The notes beneath the pieces were generated by a model. That model had not been told where the DNA came from and ran no database searches. It was given only the letters and a program-made list of their open reading frames with translations. Shown here piece by piece: positions 8,474-18,102 of a stretch of 64,000 nt of DNA; the stretch's first letter is position 1; each line of letters starts with the position of its first letter. This DNA comes from a virus. Taxonomy: Duplodnaviria; Caudoviricetes. The stretch covers positions 1-64,000 of the IMG/VR virus record IMGVR_UViG_3300025924_000001; one strand, 5' to 3'. Position numbers and translations under genes: made by a program.

Positions 8474-8683
8474 GTGCCCGAACCAAGCAGGCTTCAGCTC
8501 GAGGCTGAGGCGCTTCTCCCGCGGATCCCCCGCGACCGAGCCGAGGCGATGGTCTTCTGCTACGGCTTTCTCGACCAGGCCGTCAAGTGCCACCTGCGCG
8601 GTGACCAGACCAAGCGTGACCTCGAGCGCACCCGGGAGCTCCTGGAGCTCGTCCTCGACCTGCACCGTGACCAGAGAGGCTGA
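8474..8683 (+). CDS. hypothetical protein
   Basis: GTG after a GGAAC-repeat leader; -10 TACGAT at 8440. Confidence 0.65.
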   Translation: MPEPSRLQLEAEALLPRIPRDRAEAMVFCYGFLDQAVKCHLRGDQTKRDLERTRELLELVLDLHRDQRG

Positions 8684-8689
8684 CCGTCC

Positions 8690-9643
8690 TTGCTGATCAC
8701 CATCGAGGGACCCGACTGCGGGGGCAAGTCGACCCTCACCCAGCAGCTGATCGAGGCGGCCGCCGAGCGCGGCTGGCTCGGTCAACGCGTCCACAAGGGC
8801 CCACCGGCCCCGGACGCCGACCCGTTCACCGAGTACGAGAGCGTGCTCGACGTCGAGCCGCTTCGGGGGCTCATCGACTCCGACCACCACCTCGTCGTGA
8901 TGGACCGCTGGCACGTCGGCGAGGCGATCTACGGCCCCCTGTGGCGCGGCCACAGCCGGCTCAGCACTGCTGGCCTCGCGCACGTCGAGGCCAGCCTCGA
9001 CGCGCTCGGCGCGGTCCGCGTCATGTGCCTGCCGGCGTACCACGAGCTGCAGGCGCGGTTTCTCACCCGCGGTGACGACCTCACCAAGTTCGACGAGCTG
9101 CCGCGCATCCACGCCGAGTACCAGGCGCACGCCGAGCGCTTTGACTGGATCGTTCTCACCGGCCTCGAGGGTCGTCGAACCACGCTTCAGGGCCTGCTCG
9201 AGGTCGCGTGGAACCGCCACGTTCGCGCCCTGAACGTCGTTCACCGAAGCCAGCGAACCTACGTCGGCCCCCTGTGGCCCAGCTTCCTGCTCGTCGGCGA
9301 CGAGCGCAACCACCGGCCCCGGCCCGATCTCACCCGACCGTTCACGCCGGTAAACGGCGCGGGCTGCAGCCAGTGGCTGTGGGACGCCGTCATCGCGACC
9401 GAGTACCACACCGAGGTTGGGCTCATCAACTCGAACGAGACCGACGTCGACGTTCGTCAGCTGTGGCGTGAGCTCGACGAACCCAACGTCGTTGCCCTCG
9501 GTTCCAAGGCCAGCGCTCGGCTCACGATGGCGGGCGTCGTTCACCGCACCGCTCACCACCCGCAGTTCGCCAAGCGCTTCAGGAACAAGAACTTCGACGG
9601 TTACGTCGCGTCCCTCAAGGAGGCCCTGCATGGAGATCGTTGA
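8690..9643 (+). CDS. dNMP (thymidylate-like) kinase fused to a UDG-superfamily-like domain
   Basis: N-term ITIEGPDCGGKST, MDRWHVGEAIYG, RGDD; C-term LLVGDE...PF...VVALG...HPQF. Confidence 0.75.
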   Translation: MLITIEGPDCGGKSTLTQQLIEAAAERGWLGQRVHKGPPAPDADPFTEYESVLDVEPLRGLIDSDHHLVVMDRWHVGEAIYGPLWRGHSRLSTAGLAHVEASLDALGAVRVMCLPAYHELQARFLTRGDDLTKFDELPRIHAEYQAHAERFDWIVLTGLEGRRTTLQGLLEVAWNRHVRALNVVHRSQRTYVGPLWPSFLLVGDERNHRPRPDLTRPFTPVNGAGCSQWLWDAVIATEYHTEVGLINSNETDVDVRQLWRELDEPNVVALGSKASARLTMAGVVHRTAHHPQFAKRFRNKNFDGYVASLKEALHGDR

Positions 9644-10580
9644 GGAAACCGGCTCGGAGGCGTACGCGACCCTGCTGCACCACCTCGCGACCAGCAGTCA
9701 GGTTCGTCGGGTCGCCCCCCGCGGCCTCGCGACGCACGAGGACCTGAACGTCACCCTGCGGATCACCGACCCCGGTGAGGTCCACGTCCTGCGCACCCGT
9801 CGCAAGCCAAACCTCAGGATCGCTGCCACCGAGGCGATGCACCTCGTCGGCGGCATCAGCAGCCTGAACCAGCTCGACCGCGCCAGCGGCGGTCGGTTCA
9901 GTCAGTTCGCCAACGGCGGCCGCCTGCTCGGCGCGTACGGTCCCCGAGCCCACGACCAGCTGCTGGCCGTGGAGCGGCTGCTTAGGCGCGACCCCGACAC
10001 CCGACAGGCCGTGGTCAGCCTGTGGACCGGCCACGAGCACGACGTCGACTCCCGCGACGTTCCCTGCACCACCACGCTGCAGTTCTTCATCCGCGGCGGG
10101 GCGCTGCACCTCCGCGTCACGATGCGCAGCAACGACGCGTGGCTCGGCCTGCCGTACGACCTCATGATGTTCAGCTGCCTGCAGCGAACGATGGCGTGCG
10201 CGCTCGGCGTTGAGCCCGGCGAGTACTCGCACAGCGTTGGCTCCATGCACCTCTACGAGCGCGACCTCGACGCCGCCTACCGCGTTCTGGACGGTGACTT
10301 CGACGCGAGGATCGATGACTCGGTCATCAACGTCGGCCTTCCCGTTCCCCTCTTCCACATCGAGCACCGGTCGTTCACCGATCTCTCAATGAACGCGGTC
10401 GCCGCCTGCTTCAACGAGCTGCCGACCTGGGAGAACCCCAGCGCCGCGTGGCTGTCCCAGCACGTTCCACCGCTCAACCCGGACGACGAGGCTCTCTGCC
10501 TCACCTGCCGCTACGTGACCCCGGGTCACGTCTGCGGCACGTGCTTCACCACCGACAACGAACTGGAGACCACCCCGTGA
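9630..10580 (+). CDS. thymidylate synthase homologue, probable dCMP hydroxymethylase/methylase
   Basis: AYGPR, DTRQA, DVPCT (catalytic Cys), MRSNDAWLGLPYD (Asp at the specificity position), GSMHLY; C-terminal CxxC-x8-CxxC. Confidence 0.85.
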   Translation: MEIVEETGSEAYATLLHHLATSSQVRRVAPRGLATHEDLNVTLRITDPGEVHVLRTRRKPNLRIAATEAMHLVGGISSLNQLDRASGGRFSQFANGGRLLGAYGPRAHDQLLAVERLLRRDPDTRQAVVSLWTGHEHDVDSRDVPCTTTLQFFIRGGALHLRVTMRSNDAWLGLPYDLMMFSCLQRTMACALGVEPGEYSHSVGSMHLYERDLDAAYRVLDGDFDARIDDSVINVGLPVPLFHIEHRSFTDLSMNAVAACFNELPTWENPSAAWLSQHVPPLNPDDEALCLTCRYVTPGHVCGTCFTTDNELETTP

Positions 10581-10840
10581 CCGACCTCGACCGCCTGCAC
10601 CGCTACGCCGCCGACCTCATCCTCGACCACGCCACCGACGTCGAGTACATCACCATCTCCGAGGTCGCCGAGAACCCCGAGCACGGCTTCCCCAACGGCG
10701 TGATCAGCGACGAGGACGTCAAGGTCGTCGACGACCTGATCGAGCGCGCGACCGTGCGCGTCAGCTGGCCCGACCACGAGTACGTCTACGGCAACACCTT
10801 CGAGGACGAGACCGACGACGAGGGATCGTCCAGCAAGTGA
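10577..10840 (+). CDS. hypothetical acidic protein
   Basis: GTGA coupling at both ends. Confidence 0.7.
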   Translation: MTDLDRLHRYAADLILDHATDVEYITISEVAENPEHGFPNGVISDEDVKVVDDLIERATVRVSWPDHEYVYGNTFEDETDDEGSSSK

Positions 10841-11325
10841 CCGACCTCGTCGACGGCCGACCCACGTGGGACCAGACCTGGCTCGCGATCGCGCAGACCG
10901 TCGCGTTCCGTAGTCGGTGTGACCGGATGAGGGTCGGTGCCGTGATCGTCACGTCGGACAACCGATCCATGCCACCGTCCTACAACGGCCCACCACGGGG
11001 CCAGCAGCTCACCGGCACCTGCGCCGACTGGTGCCCCCGCGCGCAGCGAGGTGACACCGGTTCGTCCTACGACGAGTGCTGCGCCATCCACGCAGAGGCG
11101 AACGCGTTGATTCGCGCCAACTTTACTGAGATCCAGGACGGCACGATCTACGTCTCCGCGGCGTGCTGCATCAACTGTGCCAAGCTGATCGCGAACTCCG
11201 GGATCCGACGGGTCGTGCACGTCGTCGGATCCCGAGACGAGCACCGGCAGCCGGACGTCGTGGAGGCTTACCTCCGTGAGTGCGGGCTGACCGTGGTGCG
11301 AGCCAACCGAGTGGAGAACCTGTGA
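10837..11325 (+). CDS. dCMP deaminase
   Basis: RPTWD, RSRC..VGAVIV, YNGPP, HAEANA, CCINC. Confidence 0.9.
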   Translation: MTDLVDGRPTWDQTWLAIAQTVAFRSRCDRMRVGAVIVTSDNRSMPPSYNGPPRGQQLTGTCADWCPRAQRGDTGSSYDECCAIHAEANALIRANFTEIQDGTIYVSAACCINCAKLIANSGIRRVVHVVGSRDEHRQPDVVEAYLRECGLTVVRANRVENL

Positions 11326-11522
11326 GCGATACCGCCAAGAAGCCGATCGCGCTGAGCCTCACGGAGCTCAGCCGGCTGCTCGATCAGCTTCAGTCCCAGC
11401 ACGACATCGCGCCGGGAAGCCCGCTGTGGGTCAACCTCGCGGAGGCCCTGTTCGACGCGTGGGCCGACGGCTACACCACCGGATTCGCCGACTCGAACGG
11501 ACCGCTTCGTGAGCGAGCTTGA
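11322..11522 (+). CDS. hypothetical protein
   Basis: GTGA coupled start. Confidence 0.6.
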   Translation: MSDTAKKPIALSLTELSRLLDQLQSQHDIAPGSPLWVNLAEALFDAWADGYTTGFADSNGPLRERA

Positions 11523-13383
11523 GGTCTACCAACCCCCCACCGTCGCGCCCACCGCGGTCGTGGAGACCGCGGTCGCGGTTCCCGAGCGGTCACCCGCGCG
11601 AACGAGCGGCAGCCCACTCGACCACGTGCAGCTCAAGCTCGTTGAGACCCTCGACGACGCGTTGGAGTTCGCCCGCTGGCTCGGTGAGCGCCGACGAATC
11701 CTCGCGTTCGACACGGAGACCGGCGGCCTCAGCCACCACACCGACGACCTTCGGCTCATTCAGGTTGGCGACCTCGACACGGGGTGGGCCATCCCGTGGC
11801 CGCTGTGGGGCGGCCTCGCCCGGGAGAAGCTGAACCGGTACGAGGAGCTCACCGTCGCGCACCACCGCAAGTTCGACCACGGCTTCCTCAAGCACCGCGG
11901 CGACATCGACATCCCGTGGGCCAACGGCCACGACACGATGACGCTCGCCGCGATCTGGGACCCCACCGTGCCCAAGGGCCTCAAGCCACTGTCGGCTCGG
12001 CTCATCGACAAGAAGGCGACCGCCGGCGAGCGCCTCCTCCACGAGGGCATGCGGGACAACGGCTGGACCTGGGCCACCGTTCCCTACAACTTTCCGATGT
12101 ACTGGGTCTACGGCGCGCTCGATCCCGTCCTGACCGCCCACCTCTTCGAGAAGCTTCACCCGGTTCGGGAGCGGTCCCAACCGGTGTACGAGCTCGAGCT
12201 CGCCACGTCCCGAATCTGCGGTGAGATGTCCCACCGTGGCGTCATGATCGACCGCGACTACGTCAACGACGCGATCACGCGGCTCAAGCGGTACGCCGGC
12301 GAGACGCGCACCTGGCTCAAGGACAACTTCAACGTCACGAGCCTCCTGTCGGCCAAGCAGCTCGCGGCCGGCTTCGCTCAGGCCGGCCTCACCATCACCA
12401 AGACCACGCCCACCGGTCAGCCCAAGCTCGACAAGGAGACCCTCGAGGCGATCGTCGCCTACGAGGGCGTCCCCGAGGCGGCCCGGCAGCTCGCCAAGAC
12501 GGTCATCGAGGCGCGGCACGCGGAGAAGGTGATCGGCAGCTACCTCGAGAAGTTCCTCGAGCTCTGCGACGCCAACGACGTCGTTCACCCGCAGATCAAC
12601 ACCATGCAGGCTCGAACCGGCCGCATGTCCGTCACCGAACCCGCGCTTCAGACCCTGCACCGCAACGACAAGATCGTCCGTGGCTCGTTCATCCCTCGAC
12701 CCGGCAAGGCGTTCATCACCTGCGACTTCAGTCAGATTGAGATGCGCCTCGCGGCCGCGGTCAGCGGTGACCAGAACCTCATCGACGTGTTCCGCGCCGC
12801 GGATGAGGGTGACGGCGACATCTACTCCGGGATCGCCAGCCGCATGTACGGCGAGACGATCACGAAGCAGGATTCCCGCCGACAGGCCGTCAAGACGATG
12901 TCCTACGCGAAGCTCTACGGCGCGAGCCTCGTCACCATGGCTCGCTCCATCGGCTTGCCGGTTGAGCAGGTCAAGCCGATCCACGACGACTTCAACGAGC
13001 AGTTCCCCGGTCTCGAGTCGATGGCCAAGGCCATCTACCGGGAGGCCGCCGCGGAGAAGCGAGCCAACGGCAAGCCTGCCACGTGGACGTCGATGGGCCG
13101 CTACCTGCCCGCCGACAACGGCCGCGACTTCGCGTTGCTCAACTACCGCCTGCAGGCGGAGGCCGCGGACGCGTTGAAGCGCTCCATCATCGCCTGCTCC
13201 AACGGCGGCTTCGACGACGCGATGCTGCTTCCCGTGCACGACGAGATCATCTTTGAGGTTCCCCTCGAGGACGCTGAGGACGCGAGGCATCAGATCATCG
13301 AGCTCATGACCGACCGCGACACGTACGCCGTGCCCCTGCTCTGCGAGGCCTCGATCCTCACCGAGCGGTGGAAGAAGACCTGA
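11509..13383 (+). CDS. polA: DNA polymerase family A (3'-5' exonuclease + polymerase)
   Basis: FDTET exo I, ARTGRMS, DFSQIEMR (motif A), RQAVKTMSYAKLYG (motif B), VHDE (motif C). Confidence 0.95.
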   Translation: MSELEVYQPPTVAPTAVVETAVAVPERSPARTSGSPLDHVQLKLVETLDDALEFARWLGERRRILAFDTETGGLSHHTDDLRLIQVGDLDTGWAIPWPLWGGLAREKLNRYEELTVAHHRKFDHGFLKHRGDIDIPWANGHDTMTLAAIWDPTVPKGLKPLSARLIDKKATAGERLLHEGMRDNGWTWATVPYNFPMYWVYGALDPVLTAHLFEKLHPVRERSQPVYELELATSRICGEMSHRGVMIDRDYVNDAITRLKRYAGETRTWLKDNFNVTSLLSAKQLAAGFAQAGLTITKTTPTGQPKLDKETLEAIVAYEGVPEAARQLAKTVIEARHAEKVIGSYLEKFLELCDANDVVHPQINTMQARTGRMSVTEPALQTLHRNDKIVRGSFIPRPGKAFITCDFSQIEMRLAAAVSGDQNLIDVFRAADEGDGDIYSGIASRMYGETITKQDSRRQAVKTMSYAKLYGASLVTMARSIGLPVEQVKPIHDDFNEQFPGLESMAKAIYREAAAEKRANGKPATWTSMGRYLPADNGRDFALLNYRLQAEAADALKRSIIACSNGGFDDAMLLPVHDEIIFEVPLEDAEDARHQIIELMTDRDTYAVPLLCEASILTERWKKT

Positions 13384-13392
13384 TCAAACCTG

Positions 13393-13421
13393 TTTACAAT
13401 TGATCACCCACCTGGTAGGGT
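13393..13421 (+). promoter_or_regulatory. phage promoter TTTACA-N17-TAGGGT
   Basis: motif match, TG extended -10. Confidence 0.75.
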
Positions 13422-13451
13422 TGATCTCAGGAACGACCGGAAGGAGGAACC

Positions 13452-13964
13452 GTGGCGCGAGCTAGCCTGAACAGTGGTCGCCTCACCGACATCGTCGCCG
13501 AGCAGCACGCGGTCAGGACGATCATCTGGGTCGACCCCGGCAAGTCGACGGGCTGGGCGCTGTGGAACACCCTCGGCACCTTCGCCAGCGGCCAGGACGA
13601 CGCCTTCAGCGTCGAGTGCGAGCTGCACTCGATCACCTCGAGCGCCGCCAATCGCCTCGCGATCGGTTGGGAGCAGTACCTCATCACCGGTAACCGGGTC
13701 AAGCACGACGACAGCGCGCTGCTGGTGATCGGCTACCTCGAGTGGGTCACCCGGTACTACAGCTGTCAGGTGCTCAAGCCGATGCCGAGCTCGGCCCGCA
13801 ACCTCGGTCAGGACGGCGGCAAGCTCGAGATCCTCGGCTGGCGCGTTCCCGGACGGAAGGACGCCAACGCGGCCGCGGCTCACCTGCTGGCCTACCTGTT
13901 GCGTGAGGGGCTGCTGCCCCCGGAGACGCTCCAGCGGCTCGTGAGTGAGGGCCTCGATGGCTAG
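13452..13964 (+). CDS. RuvC-like Holliday junction resolvase
   Basis: IIWVDPGKSTGWA, conserved E, C-terminal DA..A..H. Confidence 0.7.
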   Translation: MARASLNSGRLTDIVAEQHAVRTIIWVDPGKSTGWALWNTLGTFASGQDDAFSVECELHSITSSAANRLAIGWEQYLITGNRVKHDDSALLVIGYLEWVTRYYSCQVLKPMPSSARNLGQDGGKLEILGWRVPGRKDANAAAAHLLAYLLREGLLPPETLQRLVSEGLDG

Positions 13965-15780
13965 AGCGCGCGTCGACCGTGACCTCAACCGCATCGTCAT
14001 CACCGCCGGCCTCGCCGACAAGGACCGCCTCGCCACGGTTCCCGGCTGCGCGTGGCACAAGCCGACCAACACCTGGCGGGCCCCGCTCACCTGGGCCGCG
14101 TGCCTGCAGCTTCGCGGCGTCTTCAGGGGCGACCTCGAGCTCGACGAGAGCCTCATCGCCTGGGCCTGGGAGTTCCGCCGGGACTTCCTGCAGCCCGTTG
14201 AGGTCGTTCGGGAGGCGATGGACCTGAGCTCCGCGGACGGCGCCGTGTTCGCCGCCATCAACGCCACCATCGACCGGATCGAGGCCGGCGACCAGCTCAA
14301 CCTCAAGCCGTTTCAGCGGGCCGGCGTGGCGTACCTCTACCTCACCGGTCGGGCCGGCCTCTACGACGAGATGGGAACCGGCAAGACCGTTCAGCTGATC
14401 CGCACGCTGCAGGTTCTCGAGAAGCTCGACCGTGAGCCGTTTCCCGCGCTCATCGTCTGCCCCAACAGCCTCAAGAACACGGTGTGGTTGCGGGAGCTCG
14501 CTGAGTGGGCCCCCGAGCTGGACGTCGTCGTCGTCGACGGCTCCATGGCCAAGCGCCGCGAGCAGCTCACCACGCCCGCCGACGTGTACGTCATCAACTA
14601 CGACCTGCTCAAGCTTCACTCTCGGCTCGCGCCCTTCGGCTCGGTGCGGCTCACCGAGGCGCAGAAGACCCCCAAGGAGCTCAACCAGCTCGGACACCGC
14701 ACCATCATCTTTGACGAGGCGCACCGGCTCTGTCACGTGGGCGGCAAGCAGGTCCGCAATGACGACGGCACCAAGACCACCGTGCCCTCGTCGCAGCAGA
14801 CCCTCGCCGCGTTCGCCGTCGCCCACCAGGCCGAGCACCGGTTCGCGCTCACCGGCACCCCCGTCAACGACCACGTGGGTGACCTGTGGGGCCTCCTGCA
14901 CGCCGTGCTTCCCGACTGGTTCCCGTCCCGGACCCGGTACCTCGACCGCTACGCGGAGAAGTCCTACGGGCTCTGGGGTGGCTCCGAGGTGATCGGGATC
15001 AACCCCGCGACGGAGCCCGAGTTCCGCGCCGTGACGACGCCCCTCTTCCGGCGCGTCCTGAAGCGCGTCGCGCTGCCTCAGCTGCCGCCCAAGCTGCCCA
15101 CCGTCTACCGTGAGACGCCCATGGGCGCCAAGCAGGCCAAGGCGTACCGGCAGATGGAGCTGACCATGCTCGCGCAGCTCAACGAGATCCTCGTCGCTCG
15201 GACGCCCATCGAGCAGTTCACCCGGCTCGTGCAGTTCGCGTCCGCGGCGGCGGAGATCGACGAGGACGGCAACGTCCGGCTCACCGGCGCGTCACCGAAG
15301 GTCGACGACCTCGTCGACTTCCTCGGCGAGCTCGACCCCAAGCCGCTCGTGGTCGCCGCGGAGTCCCGGCAGCTCATCGAGCTCGCCGCGGAGCGCCTCA
15401 AGCGGGAGCGGGTCAGCCACGGCCTCGTGACCGGCGCGCTGTCGCCCTACGAGCGGGCGGAGAACGTGCGCCGCTTCCAGGAGGGTCGCCTCCGCGTGAT
15501 GCTGCTCACCCTGGGAGCCGGCGCGGAGGGCCTGACCCTGACCCGGGCCGACACGATGCTGTTCATGCAGCGATCGTTCAGTCCCCTGCGCAACACGCAG
15601 GGAGAGGACCGGATCTACCGCATCGGCTCCGAGATCCACGAGGCGATCACGATCGTGGAGCAGATCGCTCCCGACACCGTGGAGGAGCGCCGACGCGACA
15701 CCCTGGAGCGCAAGGGAGTCCGCATCGAGGAGGTCCTGCAGGACGAGACAACCCTGCGGCGACTGTTGGGAGGTAGCTGA
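13957..15780 (+). CDS. SNF2-family (SF2) helicase
   Basis: DEMGTGKT, DEAH, LTGTP, GAEGLTLT, QGEDRIYRIG. Confidence 0.92.
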   Translation: MARARVDRDLNRIVITAGLADKDRLATVPGCAWHKPTNTWRAPLTWAACLQLRGVFRGDLELDESLIAWAWEFRRDFLQPVEVVREAMDLSSADGAVFAAINATIDRIEAGDQLNLKPFQRAGVAYLYLTGRAGLYDEMGTGKTVQLIRTLQVLEKLDREPFPALIVCPNSLKNTVWLRELAEWAPELDVVVVDGSMAKRREQLTTPADVYVINYDLLKLHSRLAPFGSVRLTEAQKTPKELNQLGHRTIIFDEAHRLCHVGGKQVRNDDGTKTTVPSSQQTLAAFAVAHQAEHRFALTGTPVNDHVGDLWGLLHAVLPDWFPSRTRYLDRYAEKSYGLWGGSEVIGINPATEPEFRAVTTPLFRRVLKRVALPQLPPKLPTVYRETPMGAKQAKAYRQMELTMLAQLNEILVARTPIEQFTRLVQFASAAAEIDEDGNVRLTGASPKVDDLVDFLGELDPKPLVVAAESRQLIELAAERLKRERVSHGLVTGALSPYERAENVRRFQEGRLRVMLLTLGAGAEGLTLTRADTMLFMQRSFSPLRNTQGEDRIYRIGSEIHEAITIVEQIAPDTVEERRRDTLERKGVRIEEVLQDETTLRRLLGGS

Positions 15781-15781
15781 C

Positions 15782-16735
15782 GTGTACGAGATCAGCAACA
15801 GTGAGATGCAGTCATTTCAGCGGTGCCGCCGGCAGTGGGCGCTCACCTACCACTGGCACTGGCAGCCCCGTCCCGAGAGCACGTCACCCGTGGGCGTCGC
15901 GCAGCTCGGCAGTCGGATCCACCTCGCCCTCGAGGCGTGGTACGGCCACGGCATCGACCCCCTCGCGGCGCTTCGGTGGATCTACGAGACGGCCGCCCTC
16001 GAGCGCCCCGACTTCGCGCTCGAGCTCGGCAAGGAGCTCGACTGGGCCCTCGCGATGGTGGAGGGCTACGTCCAGTGGCTCGACGACGAGGGCGTCGACG
16101 TCCTCCTCGAGACCATCGGCGTCGAGCGCGAGCTCAAGCACGTCGTCGACACGTACCTCGGGCCGGTCACCCTGCGCGCCAAGCTCGACCAGCTCGTGCG
16201 TCGCCGGACCGACGGCGCGCTCCTGCTGCGGGACTTCAAGACCGTGGGTTCCCTGAGCAAGGCCGACCGGCTCGTGCTCGACCAGCAGATGCGGTTCTAC
16301 TCCATGCTGCTCGCGCTCACTCACCCAGAGCACCGCGTCGACGGCGCGCTGTACACCATGCTCAAGCGGTCGAAGCGCACGGTTCGCGCGAGCCCACCGT
16401 TCTACCAGCAGGTTGAGATCAGCTACAACCGGCACGACCTCAACGCAACCTATCAGCGGGTCACCGCGGTCGCGGGTCAGATCCTCGAGGCTCACCTTCG
16501 CCTCGACTCCGGCGACCCCGCGGATGACCACCACGGCGTGGTCTATCCGACCCCCAGCGACTACTGCGACTGGGGCTGCCCGTTCAGCCAGGTCTGCCCG
16601 CTCATGGACGACGGCAGCCGGTGGGAGGCGGCCCTGCGGGCGAACTTCGTCGTCGGGGATCCCTATCAGTACTACGAGCGCGATACTATCCAGACCCTGG
16701 TCGCGGACCTCGGAACGGTCGGAACCGGAGAGTGA
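15782..16735 (+). CDS. PD-(D/E)xK exonuclease (Cas4/RecB-like)
   Basis: SNSE...C, GSRIH, KLD..., DFKT, C-terminal CDWGCPFSQVC. Confidence 0.85.
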   Translation: MYEISNSEMQSFQRCRRQWALTYHWHWQPRPESTSPVGVAQLGSRIHLALEAWYGHGIDPLAALRWIYETAALERPDFALELGKELDWALAMVEGYVQWLDDEGVDVLLETIGVERELKHVVDTYLGPVTLRAKLDQLVRRRTDGALLLRDFKTVGSLSKADRLVLDQQMRFYSMLLALTHPEHRVDGALYTMLKRSKRTVRASPPFYQQVEISYNRHDLNATYQRVTAVAGQILEAHLRLDSGDPADDHHGVVYPTPSDYCDWGCPFSQVCPLMDDGSRWEAALRANFVVGDPYQYYERDTIQTLVADLGTVGTGE

Positions 16736-16741
16736 GGAACG

Positions 16742-17512
16742 GTGGCGGACAACCACTATGGTTTCAACTGCATCGTTTTCGGTGCGTCTAAGAAGGGCAA
16801 GTCCTGGCTCGGTGACACCACGCCGGCGCCCCGCGTCGTGCTCGACGCGGAGGCCGGCAGCCGGTGGACCCCGAGCCGCAAGGTGATCTGGGACCCCAAG
16901 AGCCAACCGCCGCCGGTTCACGACGGCACCTGGGACACCGCGCTCGTGCCGGTTCGTGAGTACAAGGACGTGCTCAAGGCCTACGAGTGGTTGAACAGCG
17001 GCAAGCACCCCTTCCGCAGCGTCGTCATGGACTCCATCTCGGAGATCCAGCAGCGCGCCATCGACGACATGGTCGGCTCCAGCGCCATGAAGGTGCAGGA
17101 CTGGGGACAGCTCCTGCGGGTGGTCAGCGACCTGGTCCGGAAGTTCCGCGACCTCGTCACCAACCCCCTCAAGCCGCTCGATGCCGTGCTGCTCATCGCG
17201 ATGGCCAAGCAGCGCAACGACGGCGCGTGGGGGCCCCACATCCAGGGCTCGCTCGCGACCACCCTGCCGTACTACGTCGACGCGTGCTGCTACCTCGACG
17301 TCGTCGTCGGCGAGGACGGGACCCAGACCCGTCGGCTCTTCTGCGGCAACTTCCCGGGCTTCGAGACCGGGCACCGCCTGCCGGAGCAGCTCCTCAGCTC
17401 CCACGTCGACAACCCGAACATCAGCGAGATCCTCGCCAAGATCCGCGGCGAGGGCGAGCTGCCCACCACGTCCTCGACGGCCTCCCTGACCGTCGACCTG
17501 AGCGAGAAGTAG
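16742..17512 (+). CDS. AAA_24/Sak4-like phage ATPase
   Basis: GASKKGKS, LDAEAG, VVMDSISE, QDWG; lies between exonuclease and SSB. Confidence 0.8.
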   Translation: MADNHYGFNCIVFGASKKGKSWLGDTTPAPRVVLDAEAGSRWTPSRKVIWDPKSQPPPVHDGTWDTALVPVREYKDVLKAYEWLNSGKHPFRSVVMDSISEIQQRAIDDMVGSSAMKVQDWGQLLRVVSDLVRKFRDLVTNPLKPLDAVLLIAMAKQRNDGAWGPHIQGSLATTLPYYVDACCYLDVVVGEDGTQTRRLFCGNFPGFETGHRLPEQLLSSHVDNPNISEILAKIRGEGELPTTSSTASLTVDLSEK

Positions 17513-17526
17513 GAGCAACGACACCG

Positions 17527-18099
17527 ATGGCAAGCATCAACTGGCAGGACCTGCAGAAGGCCGCCGGCGACGCCGCGTTCACGCCCGTCCCGGTCGGCGT
17601 CTACGACGTCTACGTCGACACCGCGGAGGCGACCCAGTCCTCCACCGGCAAGGACATGATCAAGGTCACGTTCAAGGTGCAGAACGGCCCTCACGAGGGC
17701 CGCGGCATCTTCAACCAGTTCGTCATCTCGCCCGACAGCGCGAACGCCCTCGCGTTCTTCTTCCGGCACATGGCGGCCCTGGGCCTCGACGAGGCGTTCT
17801 TCGCGGTCAACCCGCCGCTCGAGACGGTCGCCGCGACCCTGGTCGGCCGCACGTGCCGGGTGAAGGTCGGCATCCGGGAGTACCAGGGGCAGGACCGGAA
17901 CGAGGTGCAGCAGGTGCTGCCGGCGACCGCCGGCACCGCAACCACCGCCCCGCCGGCGTCGGCTCAGCTGCCGACGCCCACGGCGAACCAGCCGGCGGCC
18001 CCCGCGGTGTCGACCTCTCAGCCGTCGCCCGCGGCACCGACCGCGCCGCCGGCGAGCCCGGCCCCGGTCGCCCCGGCGTCGCCCGAGCTGCCCTTCTGA
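17527..18099 (+). CDS. DUF669-type single-stranded DNA-binding protein
   Basis: PVPVGVYDV, SSTGKDMIKVTFKV, REYQGQDRNEV, Pro/Ala tail ending ELPF. Confidence 0.8.
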   Translation: MASINWQDLQKAAGDAAFTPVPVGVYDVYVDTAEATQSSTGKDMIKVTFKVQNGPHEGRGIFNQFVISPDSANALAFFFRHMAALGLDEAFFAVNPPLETVAATLVGRTCRVKVGIREYQGQDRNEVQQVLPATAGTATTAPPASAQLPTPTANQPAAPAVSTSQPSPAAPTAPPASPAPVAPASPELPF

Positions 18100-18102
18100 C
18101 CG

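Noticed and set aside
11509-15780. Inteins or introns in polymerase, helicase (and terminase)
   Set aside because: Protein lengths are normal, motifs are contiguous, and no intein splice signatures were seen.
15782-16735. Cas4-like nuclease as evidence of a CRISPR system
   Set aside because: No repeat-spacer array or other cas genes are present; it sits in the standard exonuclease-ATPase-SSB recombination module.
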